DNA of 59,082 bases, counting the filler, from Platydemus manokwari (taxonomy: Eukaryota): the NCBI GenBank assembly GCA_037951405.1. It is 5 parts of 5 records of this genome, joined end to end, with 100 filler letters (N's around TTAATTAATTAA, not from the genome) between each part and the next. Parts side by side here need not be neighbours in the genome. Positions count along the whole stretch, not along the records: positions 1 to 11,980 come from JBBMOY010291115.1; positions 12,081 to 24,293 come from JBBMOY010245561.1; 3 more parts are not named here. The stretch is one strand, 5' to 3'. The notes beneath the pieces are model-generated. The model was not told the DNA's origin. It made no database searches and saw only the letters and a list, made by a program, of their open reading frames with translations. Both the position numbers and the translations under genes were made by a program. Positions 1-24,393 of the stretch are shown one piece after another (within the stretch, counting starts at the first letter, position 1; each line of letters starts with the position of its first letter).

Positions 1-1581
1 GTTGTTTTAAATAAATTTATGTACAACAAATTTTTATTTCCAATTTTGTCCGCGAACTTTATTTACAACCTAATAATAGGAGACTAACAATAAGTTCTAC
101 TCTCCAAAGTCGATAGAATTTGCACCGATTAAATCACCTGAAATCAATCTTCTTTACCTTCATTTAGAGTAAGGTACACATAGACCTCCGCCAATTTTCA
201 CACTCTTCAAGGCATAACACCCTGTCTGTTAAAATCCATTTGCATACTCAAATTTTTTAATCCAGTATCAATAAAGTATTTTACCGTATTTATTATTTTA
301 TTACCTATTTACAGAACACCGCCTAATTCTACGTTAGACTTTTGATGGATTTACCAATCATTTACTGTTAACGGACATAATTTGAATTAAGATTTAAATC
401 ATTTGAGCTAACTTATTGATTCAAATCCATTGTATAAACCATGTTTAAAATTACTCAACAATTATTTGCTAAGCCATTATCCGAATATATTGAATTTATG
501 CATTCAAAGAACCAGAAATTCTATCTTCATCAGGTCAACAGCAAGTTTAACACAAGACACTAATGGTTCCACAATCTGATTTTGTCAATTTCCAAAACTT
601 CTCGTCAAACAGAACGGTGAAGATCCAGTTGACTTCGTAGACTCCATGACGGATTATATTATGTATGCATCCACATAAGGCTGGACTGAAAGAACGATGA
701 TCGGAAGACTTCCTCTTTAAAGAAGCACAAATTCTTTTCCATGTCGCAGAAAAAAGGTGAATTCATGGGAAATTTTTCTTACCACGTGTAAACTTTGGCA
801 GAAAAAGCCAGTACAAACACGAAACGTGGTTGAGGGTCAATATTTGAAAGGATTAACTCAGTGTACAGCACTCAGCCTTGTTGATTATATCAATTACGAA
901 ACTTATCAGTAAACCTATGAGTGCAGATTTTACGATGAAATTGACGACAGACAAACTCTTTATTATTTTGATAGCAACAAAAGACATTTCTCGTGCATAG
1001 ATAAAATTAACGATGATCATGAAATTGATATTGAAATTAAACGAATTCAAACACTGGAATCTCAAACCGAGCATTCAACAATATGTATAAACATACTCTT
1101 CGATTAAATAAATCCTATGTAACCTTTCAGCAGCTGACCACGCGAATGGGGTCATTTCCGATGATTAGTATTACGAAGAACGAAGAAACCCCAAAGGTTG
1201 AAAAATGCAAATTCATCTATCAAAAATTACCAATTACATAATTTCGCAAATATCTCAAAAAAAGAAATTCACATACTTTCAAAAATCGCAGAGTTCATTG
1301 ACTATGACGGAAATTTATTTGAAGAACCTCGTGGGAAATACAGAAGGAACATTAAGACCCGAGTAAGCGCAGTAAACTTATCAGTGTGAATAGCCATGGA
1401 AATCAGGAAAAATCAGCTAAAGAATGCAAAACCAACAGAGAACAAAAAATTCGTTTGTGAGAAAGAAGCTGACTCAAAATGAAATCAAAGAAAAACTAAT
1501 ATTCCTCTACGCAGAATTTACACCTAGGAACGCAGATGACTGTAGATCCCCATTAACAGTTACGGTGATAAATTATTAGTC

Positions 1582-2089
1582 TGTTAGGATCCAATTACGA
1601 ATACAAACGCCCACAAATGAACTTTAACATCTACATCAAATAAAACAAGAAATCCCTAAAATAAACATGACGTAATTCTTAAATTAGAAACATGTCCAAA
1701 TATAGAATTTTTAAAACACAAAAATAGAAAACAAATAGTGAGCTAAAAATAGAATTACGTCATGACAAAAATAGAAAAATCATGATTGTTCGAAATAATA
1801 GCAAAAAATAATATATAAGTAACTAGAAATTAAGAACAAAAGGCCATAAAATTATAGAAGACAATGAAAGCCTCACAGTTACTCAACGAGCAAACTACAA
1901 GCTATCACAGCAAAGCAGAACAGTTATCGATAGACAGACACTACTACGACTAAGAAGCAACAGCAGGGACCGACATAAATCTCGTACAACCGACTCAGCA
2001 ACAGCTTAGGTATATCAGAATTGATTGTATCTTCATATCGTGTTGAAAGATTCGATATTAAATAAAGCTCTCGTCGTTTTGATCCTACC
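1582..2089 (+). mobile_element. Possible solo LTR
   Basis: Begins TGTTAGGATC and ends GATCCTAC (short inverted termini), with AATAAA at 2061-2066 near the 3' end; lies among decayed retroelement-like sequence. No target-site duplication confirmed. Confidence 0.3.
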
Positions 2090-2399
2090 TTTTTTAATAG
2101 GTTTTATTTATTGTACGGGTCACCCGTACCGTGAATCTTGCCTTCTGGTTAAATGAGCCACACATCGCCAGTTCTTTGTTAACATAACCATATTAAATCA
2201 ATCTTGTTCATTTATTATTTGATTAACAATTATATTTTCAGCATAATCTTGTAAATGTTATTTATTATATTATTATTTATAACTAATTCATAACCTACTT
2301 CACACGAAACACAGCCGATCGTCTGGAGTCCGAGCATATGCAAGCATCTTAATAACCAGTCCAACAACAAACCAAAATCAATAAAAAACCAATAACTTA

Positions 2400-3460
2400 A
2401 AGATTTTGATGGACACCAAAGTAACATCAAGGCAACGGGTTGTTGATTTTTAAGAAATGCCATGGAATTCGTGAAAAATACAAAAATAATTATCAGGATG
2501 AATATGAAGCTATTGAAGAAATACAGGAACTACTTTAAATGAAAATATTGGTGTGTTGCGATCTGCATGTGGAATTTAAATACTTGAATATTAAGCAACT
2601 AATGGGAGTTACGGATTTGGCTGCAGCCCACGTATTTAGACAATTCAATACTCAAATCAAAGCTAACGGATAATATTATAAATTCCAAGCACTATTAAAA
2701 CCACAAGAACTCCTAAAAAGGAAGATAACCTTACATGACTATCGTCAAATAATATACAATGAAAGACGAAGAAAACCCAAGATACTTTAAGGAAATAGAA
2801 ATAAAAATTAACAGTGGACATGGCAGCAGAGATATAACAAATGTACAGCATGTTCACAATCAGGAGGTATTGCATTGGGAAGAAATTGATGATACGAACG
2901 ATATGTTCAGAATCAGTATAGAGCTAGTAGTAATGATTGCCCGTGAAATAATAATGAAAACAAATGTCAATCTGGAACACCTTATACAGCAAAAGACAAT
3001 ATCTTAATAATGTTATGATTGGTAATAATTTAAAATCCATCCCACGTGAGTGGCAGAAATATTATACCACAATGAAGTTAACTTGCTATAATACGAAGAT
3101 CTCCGACAAGAAATAAAGAAAGTCAGACCAGACTGGACATGGGAATCGAGAAATGAGATCAATTTTACGCAAGCATGGCTTCAAAAAGATACGACGGCAG
3201 AAATAATACTATCTCTATCTTATATGGTGCCACGATCAGATCTAGAAATAGCGCGATTAATTTTCAAGGAACCAGCTATTTTGAAGACGTGGAATAACTC
3301 CTTTTATCAGTTGCCGAATAAGCAGAAGTAATGCAAATTCCTGAAAATTTCAAAAGCAAATTTCTATAAAATTCCATAGACCCTGGCGTAATATCTGAAG
3401 TAAAATCAGACTTAAATTACACAGTGGATTAACTTTCAATAATGAAAATCCTTGTTGATA
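2400..3460 (+). mobile_element. Heavily decayed LTR-retrotransposon (gag/pol-like) remnants
   Basis: Broken reading frames with weak resemblance to RNase H (ORF 2759-3007) and to a gag N-terminus (about 3260-3420, FQGTSYFEDVE). Many stops. Confidence 0.3.
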
Positions 3461-4004
3461 TGTAATATAAAAATTCTGCATTTATACTATATATGGTGGT
3501 AGGGGGACAATGTATCAACGGTCTTCGAAGTCTATCAAAGACTTCAAAATGAGTTAAAATTTACGAGGTTGTGATTAATTTGGAAAATAAGAAAGAAGTT
3601 TCTAGGAAGATTTTCATGAGAGGCTGCTTATTAAGAGCTACAGATTTGGGCTGAAGCAATTAAACAAAGAATAAAGATAACGCCATCAGACTTATCAAAG
3701 AACATTTGTAACCAGAATTGATTGATTTGAATATGCTAAGTCTAGGAAAGCAAGAAACAATAAATTCAAATTTACCTAGGTTTGTGAATGGCCAAGGACC
3801 TCAAATAAGCCGAATTTTGACAAAAGCAGTAGCGGTTATAACGAACTGAAAGCCAGAAGTCAAAAAATAAACCAATAGTCGACTGCAATTCTAAAAATGA
3901 GAAAGTGACGAAACTCTTTAACATGGGAGATGAACTTAAGGTAATAAGAGAAGATTTAGTCAACAGATTCATGTAAAATTACGATTCAAACAAAACGAGG
4001 AATT

Positions 4005-4310
4005 CTCCTAATATCGTCTTTCAGGACAAAAATTGCATTCAAAAATAACTGAAAACCACTTAAAAATTTGCGATAAAAATATTGTTTGTCCGTATAAAAT
4101 TATTGGATAAATTGGACAATAAATTATCGATTGAGAAAATTGATAATCATTATTTGAACGAAATACATTTTCATACAAAATTATTGATGAAATCGATAAA
4201 CACATTGCAAAATAATTATCAATCAATAAATAGTAGTTTCAATAAATTAACATTGGAAAATATTGGTTTACATGAAAAAATAAAAAGAAAATAAATGTAA
4301 AATATTTTTG
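4005..4310 (+). pseudogene. 5'-truncated TRAF paralogue fragment (zinc finger to coiled-coil start)
   Basis: Reads ENHLKICDKNIVCPYKIIG*, then after a frameshift DNKLSIEKIDNHYLNEIHFHTKLLMKSI...LENI. This parallels ENHLRICNAKPLGCPYKMIGC...EIYSHTKLLMESI of the TRAF at 4970, and it ends at the same GTAAAATATTTTT donor-like sequence. Confidence 0.75.
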
Positions 4311-4658
4311 TAATCAATACTATTTTTCTACTTATCATTTGGAAAATTTTTTACCAAACAAAATATATTATCAGTATTTTGCAAGATAATGAACATGTTT
4401 TTTTAGTTTAAATCGTATTATTTAATGAGACCGTATTTCTTAATTTGTTTATCTGCGCCAATCAACATGGTTATTGCAAACATATATATGCAAACTACTC
4501 AAATTAATTGGAAAGGAAATTATTAAGTTTAATCTTCGAACTTTTCATTGATTTTAACAGTTATCGATTGATTATAAAAATCAATTAAATTAATTTATAT
4601 TTAATATGTAAAAAGTTTGTGGCTTTGTTAATAATGGAAATAAATTATTTTGAATATG

Positions 4659-4860
4659 CAGAGTGGGCCAGAAGTTAGGGCGGAGTGACACGTAAATTAT
4701 TTATATTAAATTTAGATTGTTTATATTCACGCGGGCAGTTTGAAATGAAAAATTGAGTATTTGAGCTGCAATTCAACTCTCCCTAAATATGGAAAACAAT
4801 TCAAGTGCCCCAAGATCCGCAACCCTATTTCACCTGAGAGAGTTATAAAGGAAACTGTTG
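4659..4860 (+). mobile_element. Decayed rosa-like Tc1/mariner fragment
   Basis: CAGAGTGGGCCAGAAGTTAGGG resembles the terminal repeat of the element at 43673-44182. TTCACCTGA...GAGTTATAAAGGAA also matches that element's interior. Confidence 0.5.
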
Positions 4861-4969
4861 TTGTGGAATTACATTGTTGTGGAATACCTTAAATAAATTT
4901 AACAGATACTTTTCAAATGACTTCTTTATTGAGATTACATTTCTGATAAATTTTAGATTAAACATTGGA

Positions 4970-6650
4970 ATGGAGAGCAATAAATTCGAAAATATGTGCG
5001 AAATTATGAAAGAATATAATCTCGGATTCCTGGAAAAAATAAATGCCAAGTGTATTTGCACAATTTGTAGGAAAATATTGATTAATTCTTATATTGGACA
5101 TTGTGGTTGTCGATATTGCAAAGCATGTATTGATGAATATTTAAAAAACGAGAGAAACTTTTGTCCTGGAAATTCAAAATATTGCAAAGACGAGATCTTA
5201 CAAATTGACGAAAATATATATCGTGATTGTTCGATGGACAATAAAATATCAAGAAAAGAAGTAAAATGTCCTATAAGGACTTGTCATACTAAAACTACAT
5301 TGAAAGCGATTGAAAATCATTTACGAATTTGTAATGCAAAACCATTGGGCTGTCCATATAAAATGATTGGATGTGAAAACGATAAATTATCTGTAGAGAC
5401 AGATAATGATCAGCTTTTGGCAGAAATTTATTCTCACACAAAATTATTAATGGAATCGATAATCATAACGCAAAACGACAATCGGACTATTAAAGAAGAC
5501 TTAAATAATTCTGAGATTGGAAAATATCGATTTAAAAGATAAACTGAAAAATTTTGAAGAAAAAAGAGAGGTAAAATATTTTTATGATTATTTTTTTATT
5601 ATTTCCGAAAATTATTGAAGACTTGAAAACAGGCGCAAGGGATAATAAAAATAAATTGTCTTGAATTCAGCTTATTGTTGAGTATTTCAGAAATTTTTTC
5701 GAGATTTGCAGAAATGTGAAGAGAGTAACTCCATTGAAATAGAAAAACTAAATGAAGAAATGTTTTATTTGAAAAATCGAAACAGAAATTTGAGATCAGA
5801 GCTGGAAACTGCAAACAATGAAAGGAATAAACCAGTACAAATAATGTTTGAATAATCGATAAGTCTATTGTCACTGTCTAGATTTCAGAATTGATAAAGA
5901 AGGTAAACAATCAAAATCTTGAAATCAATCAATACAAACAATAAATCAATACAAACTTAGCCAAATGTTAAAATCAAAAAGTAAATTATAATTAATCAAT
6001 AATTTATCGCGATATTTGATCAGGATTTCGAGATTAAACTAAATAAGATCTTGCAGAGCAGTGATAAAATAAAAACAGAAACCAATAATATGAATCGATC
6101 GATTGATGAAATAAAATTTGATATTAAATATTTATCAAATCAGTCGAGCGACCTGCGAGAAATGTTTGACCAAACAAGATGCGAGGAATTTATTTGGAAA
6201 ATCGATAAATGGGCAGACAAAAGGAGGCAGGCACAAAATGGCATTGACGAATCAATTGACAGCGATTATTTCTACTCCCATAGCAACGGTTATAAAATGT
6301 GTCTCGAATTGCATCCAGATGGTTTTGACAATGGAAAAGGAACTCATTTATCAATTTATATCTGCATCATAAAGGGGCCATTCGATGATATTCTCGAATG
6401 GCCATTCAAACATGATGTCGAGTTTTCGTTAATCAATCAATACACTAGCCTGGCTCATGTAGCATGGACGGTGAATCACTCTGATTAGCCCGACAGCCCA
6501 TCATGGTTCAAACCAACAAGCGAGAGAAACATCGGAATGGGTTTTCCTAAATTTATAAAGCTGGCAGAAATATCGGCCAATCCAGCACTGTGCTCGAAAA
6601 ATCAGATTTTCTTAAAATGTTTCGTCAAAAGAGTCTCGAATTGCCAATAA
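4970..6650 (+). pseudogene. TNF receptor-associated factor (TRAF: RING, zinc finger, coiled coil, MATH), probably a pseudogene
   Basis: RING CTICRKILINSYIGHCGCRYCKAC; TRAF zinc finger CPIRTC...HLRIC...CPYKMIGC; MATH FIWKID...GYKMCLELHPDG...GTHLSIYICIIKGPFDDILEWPF...GMGFPKF...IFLKCFV, stop at 6648-6650. Lesions: +1 frameshift near 5510, two in-frame TAA in the 5882-5980 exon, TAG at 6486-6488 inside MATH. Confidence 0.9.
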
Positions 6651-9600
6651 AAACATTCTCCATCACTCAATCAATGGCATGACTTACAAATTTATTGGTG
6701 ACTTGAATAAATTGCTTTATCGATTACTGAGTTGTCTGTTTGAAGGGAAATTGAAAAATCAAGAAAATTATTTATCATTTTATTTATATTATTTTTGTTC
6801 TTTTTATTTAACGGCGTAACAGTCGAAGATTGTTTTGTACAATTTCTGGATGTTTATCTTCGTGATTATCACTAGTGCTAATAAGTGAGCTCTCAGTGAT
6901 AATATTTGGAACCCATCTGATTACCGAATGTTGATTGGAGAGATAATGAAGGTTTTAGTGAGTGGTTTATTGAATTTATTTAACTAATTAGCAATCTCAC
7001 TGATTATTTAGGGGCAAATAATTTTATTACTCGGGAGCGCTTTCGGGATGGTGAGTCCCGTATCGTCGAGACATAACCCTTCCCTGAATCAGTTAAATTA
7101 TTATTGTTGTAATTATTTAAAGAAATGAAATCAGAATTCGTAAAAAGTCTCCTAGCGGGACACCAGATCGACACCAGGTATACAAGAGGGTTCCCAGGAA
7201 TATATTTAGAATAAAAATAATCTTTACTCTCGGATTCCTTTCGGATTCCAGCTGCTCACTGATGGAGTGATCACAGCCATTCGCATGTCCACCCCTAAAC
7301 TGGATGCGCTGGATCGCGGTAGGGGGACTCTGTAGCAGACACCGTCCCGTTAGGAGTCCGATTTCGACGAGAAAAATTTTCCGGATCTGATGCTTGGATG
7401 TCGACGAATGGCCAGAAATTGTCTCCTCTGGTTTCCTATTTCTTGTCCTTGATCTAAAATTTTATATTCCAAGCAGGCTTCCTTCACATTCAGTCCATAA
7501 AAATGGCTACCCTGACTTCAACTCGACCATAGGAATTAGCCCTCCCTTGCCAAAACTGGTCCCTCTTACTAAATTTATTAGACTATCAAAACCGGTACAT
7601 TGAGTTTTGACAGATTCCGGTGCTCGGCCAACCGTGCCGTGATTTTCACATTTGATTACCTCTTGTGATTTTATCGGCAGACATGTACAAACACGATCAA
7701 GAATAACGAAATAATTTGATTACGTCTTCATCAAATGTTACTATGGAAACTTTTATACTGGCCTTTCATTGGCTATTGATTATAAGCATGCTGAAATCGA
7801 TTAATGCATGACGTGGATGTTAACCACTCTAGAATAATCGTTACAAATTGAAAATATCAATCCAGCTATAATTTGTTCATGACTCATGCATAGAAAATCA
7901 AGTGCCAAACCAACAAGCTCATCTTAACTATCCAAATAGAATTCATAATTCAAGTATATGCAAATATTAATTTATTCAATGATAACTGATAAATAATCGT
8001 CATGAAAAAGCAAAAAACTCAAATGTAATTGTTGCATATAAAACAATAAAATAACTTAAATAATTTCCGTTTATACTTTATCAATTTAATTAAACAAAAT
8101 TAATTTTCAATAATAATTTAATATTAATATGATAACATTTTAATATCATTAATAGTTTAAAATTTAAAACATATTGTCACATATAAAGTTATAAAATTAT
8201 TCGAAGCACATTGGATAATTTTGAAAATAAATCTTCGATAAATTTTCGTCATATATGAATGAAATCTTATGTTAAGCACTGAAATATTTGTTAAATCATA
8301 AAATTATCTTTATAATATGTTCTGAGTAATGTTGTTAATCTAATTAGCTGAATGCATATAAATAAATAAAATATTCAAAAATGAAAGTTAATATCAATTA
8401 ATTTATCTAAATAAATACGAATCAGACATACAGTAGTGATTGTGACCGTTGCTATAACTGCGGCGTGAAGGTCTCTTAAAGAAACAAATTTGACTGTTTT
8501 CTTGGAGTCGTTCCAACTCAATTATTGTTTATATTTATTTATATTTATATTATTTATTTGTATAAGTCTTAATAGGTTTTATTTATCGTAATTATTTAGC
8601 TTTTTAAATATAAAATTTAATATAATTACTAACTTTATTTAATAATCCTATATTGTTTTATTTATTTAATTTATTTACCAAATTTAGGATAGTTTTCAGT
8701 TTGATAATTAGATTCAATATTTTTTTATTAATTGAAATTATTGATTCATTTATCCAATTTAACATAATGATCATTTTATATTGATTATATTAATTATTTT
8801 TTATTGATTTTGAATTCATTTATTTATTTTTCACTCAAATTAATTTTCCATTGAGAAATATTTCAGTGTTACTTTTTGATTCAGAATTTATCGAGTTTTG
8901 ATACATCAAACCTTAAAATCGGTACAAAATAACCACAAATTATAAAAAATATCTCGAACGTTTTTGTTCATGACTGGTTATTTTTACAATTTCGATTACA
9001 CAAGTATTCAAATTTAATGTTATAGATTGATTAATGATGACTTAGACCCAAAGTCATTTTTAAAAAAAGCTGTATCGAGTTATTATCATGTATTTTAAGA
9101 CTGTCGAATTAAATGAATGGATTAGATCAAGATATGAAATTGTTGTGTAGTTTAAGTGTTATATACTGACACAATGTAATCTTTAAAATGTCTTCTTGTG
9201 AATCTTTCATAAAATTTGGATTTATTATTTCTTAATTAGTTAATATATATTTGTCTAAAGCTATTAATTGATATAAATAAAGCTTATGAATCTCATGTTT
9301 AAAAGTCTCTATAAATTTACTTTTTCCTATTGCTTAATTCAATGTGAAAACTTTCTCCTAATAAGTCGGTTCATGTTCCTTAATATGAAATAATTACTGG
9401 AGAAATTATTATTCCAGGTAAAGCAGATAAAATAGTTGCCAAAAATACTTAATATTCCATAAGATATCGATATTGAATATTTTTAAACTCTAATTTCAGC
9501 GATTAATTTTACTCTCGTAGGTTAAAAATGTGCCTTGTAGCATTGGAAAAGGAATACATTTATCGATTTTCATTTGAATTGTGATGGGTTAATTCAATGA

Positions 9601-10768
9601 TATTCTTGAATAGTTATTCATACATAATGTCGAGTTTGCGATAATCGATCAAGGCACATGTCACATAAATAAATAAACATTACGATTATTCCAGATTTAG
9701 AAATAACGCGTTTAATTTTCATGGCACCAGCTATTTTTAATGGTGACGATGTGGAAGAATTTCTTTCATCATTTGACGTGTAAAGCAAATTCCACGAAAA
9801 TTTAAAAAGCAAGTTTTCATTAAATTACATAGATTCTGGTGTAGTCTGATGTAAAATCAGATTTTCATTAGACCGGCGACTTATCTTCAATTAAGAAAAT
9901 TATTATTGATATGTACAAGAAAAAAAGTCGGCAATTACATCATATGTGGTGGTCGAGACACTGATCCAACGGCTGTCAGAGCTGTTTAAAATATTTTCAG
10001 AGTTAAAATTTCCGAGGTTGGGATTAATATAGAAGTTAAGGATGAAGTTTACAAAGTCGTTAAATGTTTTGTAGAAGTTGGATAATTATTGATTAAAATT
10101 TATAATTGTAGTGGGTAAGGGTTGGTTAGTTTTATAAATTGGTTACAGTTCCAAATCTACCTCCCAACAAACCTTCAATCATTATTGAATTTATAGATTA
10201 TTTTTTCTTTTATTACTGAACTACTGCTTGAAAGATTTTGTTATAATGAGAAAATTTTTAACGATTCTCTTGGCAATTACTTGATTTGTTCACTTTGTTC
10301 ACGAACCATCGATGAATTCTCAGAAATGTATACTTTATACATACTAGATCCGGTAGTAATTTGTGATCTGTGTTGAGAAAATGATAGATATTGTGTTTGC
10401 TGTCTATCGACAATGAAAGAACACAGAAATTATTGGATTTAAAAAAGAATTATTAATAATTATATAATTTTTATTTTATATATTTATTGATTTATTATCA
10501 AATCATCGTTATTTACTGTAAAACTATCTTTATTAATATAACTATAAGAAAATCGTGAAGATTTATTCATAATATTCAAGTCGTTATAAAGTCTTTTAAG
10601 AGATTACATAGAGATATTAATAAATATAATTAAGACCGCGAGAATAGTTATATAATAGCGAAAAATCTATTTTTCGAGTTAGGCAAACTCACAAGTAGAA
10701 CACTAAAATTCGTTGTTAACAAGCAGAAGTGCTTTTTGGTGTGAATAAGTATTGATTTCCGATTGAAC

Positions 10769-11735
10769 CTAAGATTGGGCAGAGGGTACCTTTAATGTAT
10801 GTGTCGCAGAAGGTCCATTCATTATTCGATTCAATTCCTCAGTACCCGCTTGGTACATGAGTTTCTTATTCATGATCTTCTCTTGTTTGATTCGAATTTT
10901 TATTGATTTAGATACGGTCGGTACTAACCAAGAGATGACCATGGTCAAATAGAATACGACATGCTGAAATAATGTATGGATTTGAAAATAAATAATAAAT
11001 AATCACTTCAAACGCTATCACAAAAGCCAATCGTGCTGCTAAAACATGCCAGAAAACCACACTGAACGTATATGGATGCTTGGAACTGGGTGAATCCCGA
11101 AAGTCGCGATATCTGAATATATTGAAAGCATAAATCAGTATTATTTATCTACTTCTATCGTAGAAATCTGTTGTTTTTTTTATTATATCCCGTAAAAGTG
11201 AACTTCAAAATTTTTAAATTATTAACCAGCGATTAGAAGCAGCTGGTATTGAAAACTGAAGTAATATTTTAAAAAAATCATAAGAATAACCTGCATATTG
11301 TGACATTGCGAAATTCTTGTTTCGATTCTAAAGGAACGTTGATGGATTTGAAATCCGAAATGTTAAATATAGACAAATAAAAGTTTACAAAGCCGTTCAG
11401 GTTCCAGGTCCTATCATTGTAATAATAACGGTATACCAGTTGAGGAACTGCGCTTGAAGTATAACTGATTATAAAAGCCTTCCAATTATAAATATAATGT
11501 TTCAAGTATTTTACAAGACAGGAAATTACATTAGAAACAACGGCAATGATGGATATTGTTCGCAAGATATTATTCCATATACCGATATTTTGGGCTTGTC
11601 TGGCTAAAGGGCGTCTCCATTTGGTTAACATTTTGTAGGCATCTAGCCTGATTTCAATGATGTTATTTAGAAGAGCAAAAAGAGGAGCCAGTGGCATGGA
11701 TGCAGCGAATAATGTAATAAAACCATATTGAATAA
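10769..11735 (-). CDS. Anoctamin/TMEM16 family, last four coding exons (5' part outside the contig)
   Basis: Exons 11735-11530, 11478-11291, 11112-11007 and 10963-10769, all GT-AG and phase-consistent. Motifs IQYGFITLFAASMPLAPLFALLNNIIEIRLDAYK, NIGIW, CRYRDFR and FWHVLAARLAFVIAFEHVV. Confidence 0.93.
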
Positions 11736-11980
11736 CTGGAAATTAATAATAATAATAATAAAGATAATACAACAATAATAATAATTGTTAGCTGCTACCA
11801 TTTCAATAATGTGTATTTATTAAGAAATTCAACTGATATACTTGATCAAAATAAATAAATAATAATTTAAAGATCATTCAATTATTTATTTTATTCGAAA
11901 TAATTAAAAATTATTTATAAAACATTTGTAACTCTCACAATGATAACGATAATAATAGTCATTATAATATTTCTAATAGT

Positions 11981-12080
11981 NNNNNNNNNNNNNNNNNNNN
12001 NNNNNNNNNNNNNNNNNNNNNNNNTTAATTAATTAANNNNNNNNNNNNNNNNNNNNNNNNNNNNNNNNNNNNNNNNNNNN
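11981..12080. other. Artificial contig-joining spacer N44-TTAATTAATTAA-N44
   Basis: Identical 100-bp construct found four times; the 12-mer gives stops in all six frames. Confidence 0.97.
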
Positions 12081-12352
12081 ATCTCTTTACTTAACTTTAG
12101 CCGAAAGTTTAAAGACAAAATTTTCAAATCATCAATACTGTAAATATTTATTAATTGTATGAGAGAACGGATCGTTTGAGAGTAGGAGACAGTTGATACT
12201 GTTAACAATCCTTAAAATCAATACATGATACCAAGAATAATAACAAAATATTCTTATTAGCCCTTTATATTAATTCACAAAGATAAATTATAATCTTAAT
12301 CAAAATGAAACTCTATTTAAACAAAAAAAACGTAACACAATCCTCTCACCTA

Positions 12353-24035
<11,683 letters not shown>

Positions 24036-24220
24036 CTAGAAATAAAGAACTTTAACAAAAAATTATCAAATATTTTAATACAGGCCAATAATAATTACAA
24101 ATCAGAAAAATCATTTGTAATAAAGACCATTGAACACATATTTTTTAGAAAATAATATTTAAATATTGATCTTTTTTTTCCTTTTTATACTATTAATTAA
24201 AATTTTTCCAATGCATTATA

Positions 24221-24293
24221 TTAGGTTGGTGCAAAAATAATGGCCGTTATCTAACAGCAACTTTAAAAGACTATAACTCGCTTAAAAAATAAG
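24221..24293 (+). mobile_element. Mariner terminus (cecropia/Hsmar1-like TIR), cut by the contig end
   Basis: TA followed by TTAGGTTGGTGCAAAAATAATGGCCG; exact reverse complement at 46019-46091. Confidence 0.85.
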
Positions 24294-24393
24294 NNNNNNN
24301 NNNNNNNNNNNNNNNNNNNNNNNNNNNNNNNNNNNNNTTAATTAATTAANNNNNNNNNNNNNNNNNNNNNNNNNNNNNNNNNNNNNNNNNNNN
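24294..24393. other. Artificial contig-joining spacer
   Basis: N44-TTAATTAATTAA-N44. Confidence 0.97.

Noticed and set aside
6486-6488. TAG inside the MATH domain as programmed readthrough or a variant genetic code
   Set aside because: The same gene has a frameshift and two more stops, and TAG ends the anoctamin normally. Pseudogenisation is the simpler explanation.
7255-7340. Hammerhead ribozyme
   Set aside because: CTGATGG is not the CUGANGA core, and there is no correctly placed GAAA or cleavage triplet.
12130-12211. Final ABCC exon (TTTTAAG|G ATT GTT AAC...)
   Set aside because: The phase fits, but RIVNSINCLLLSNDPF does not resemble the conserved ABCC C-terminus. The real last exon probably lies beyond the contig end.
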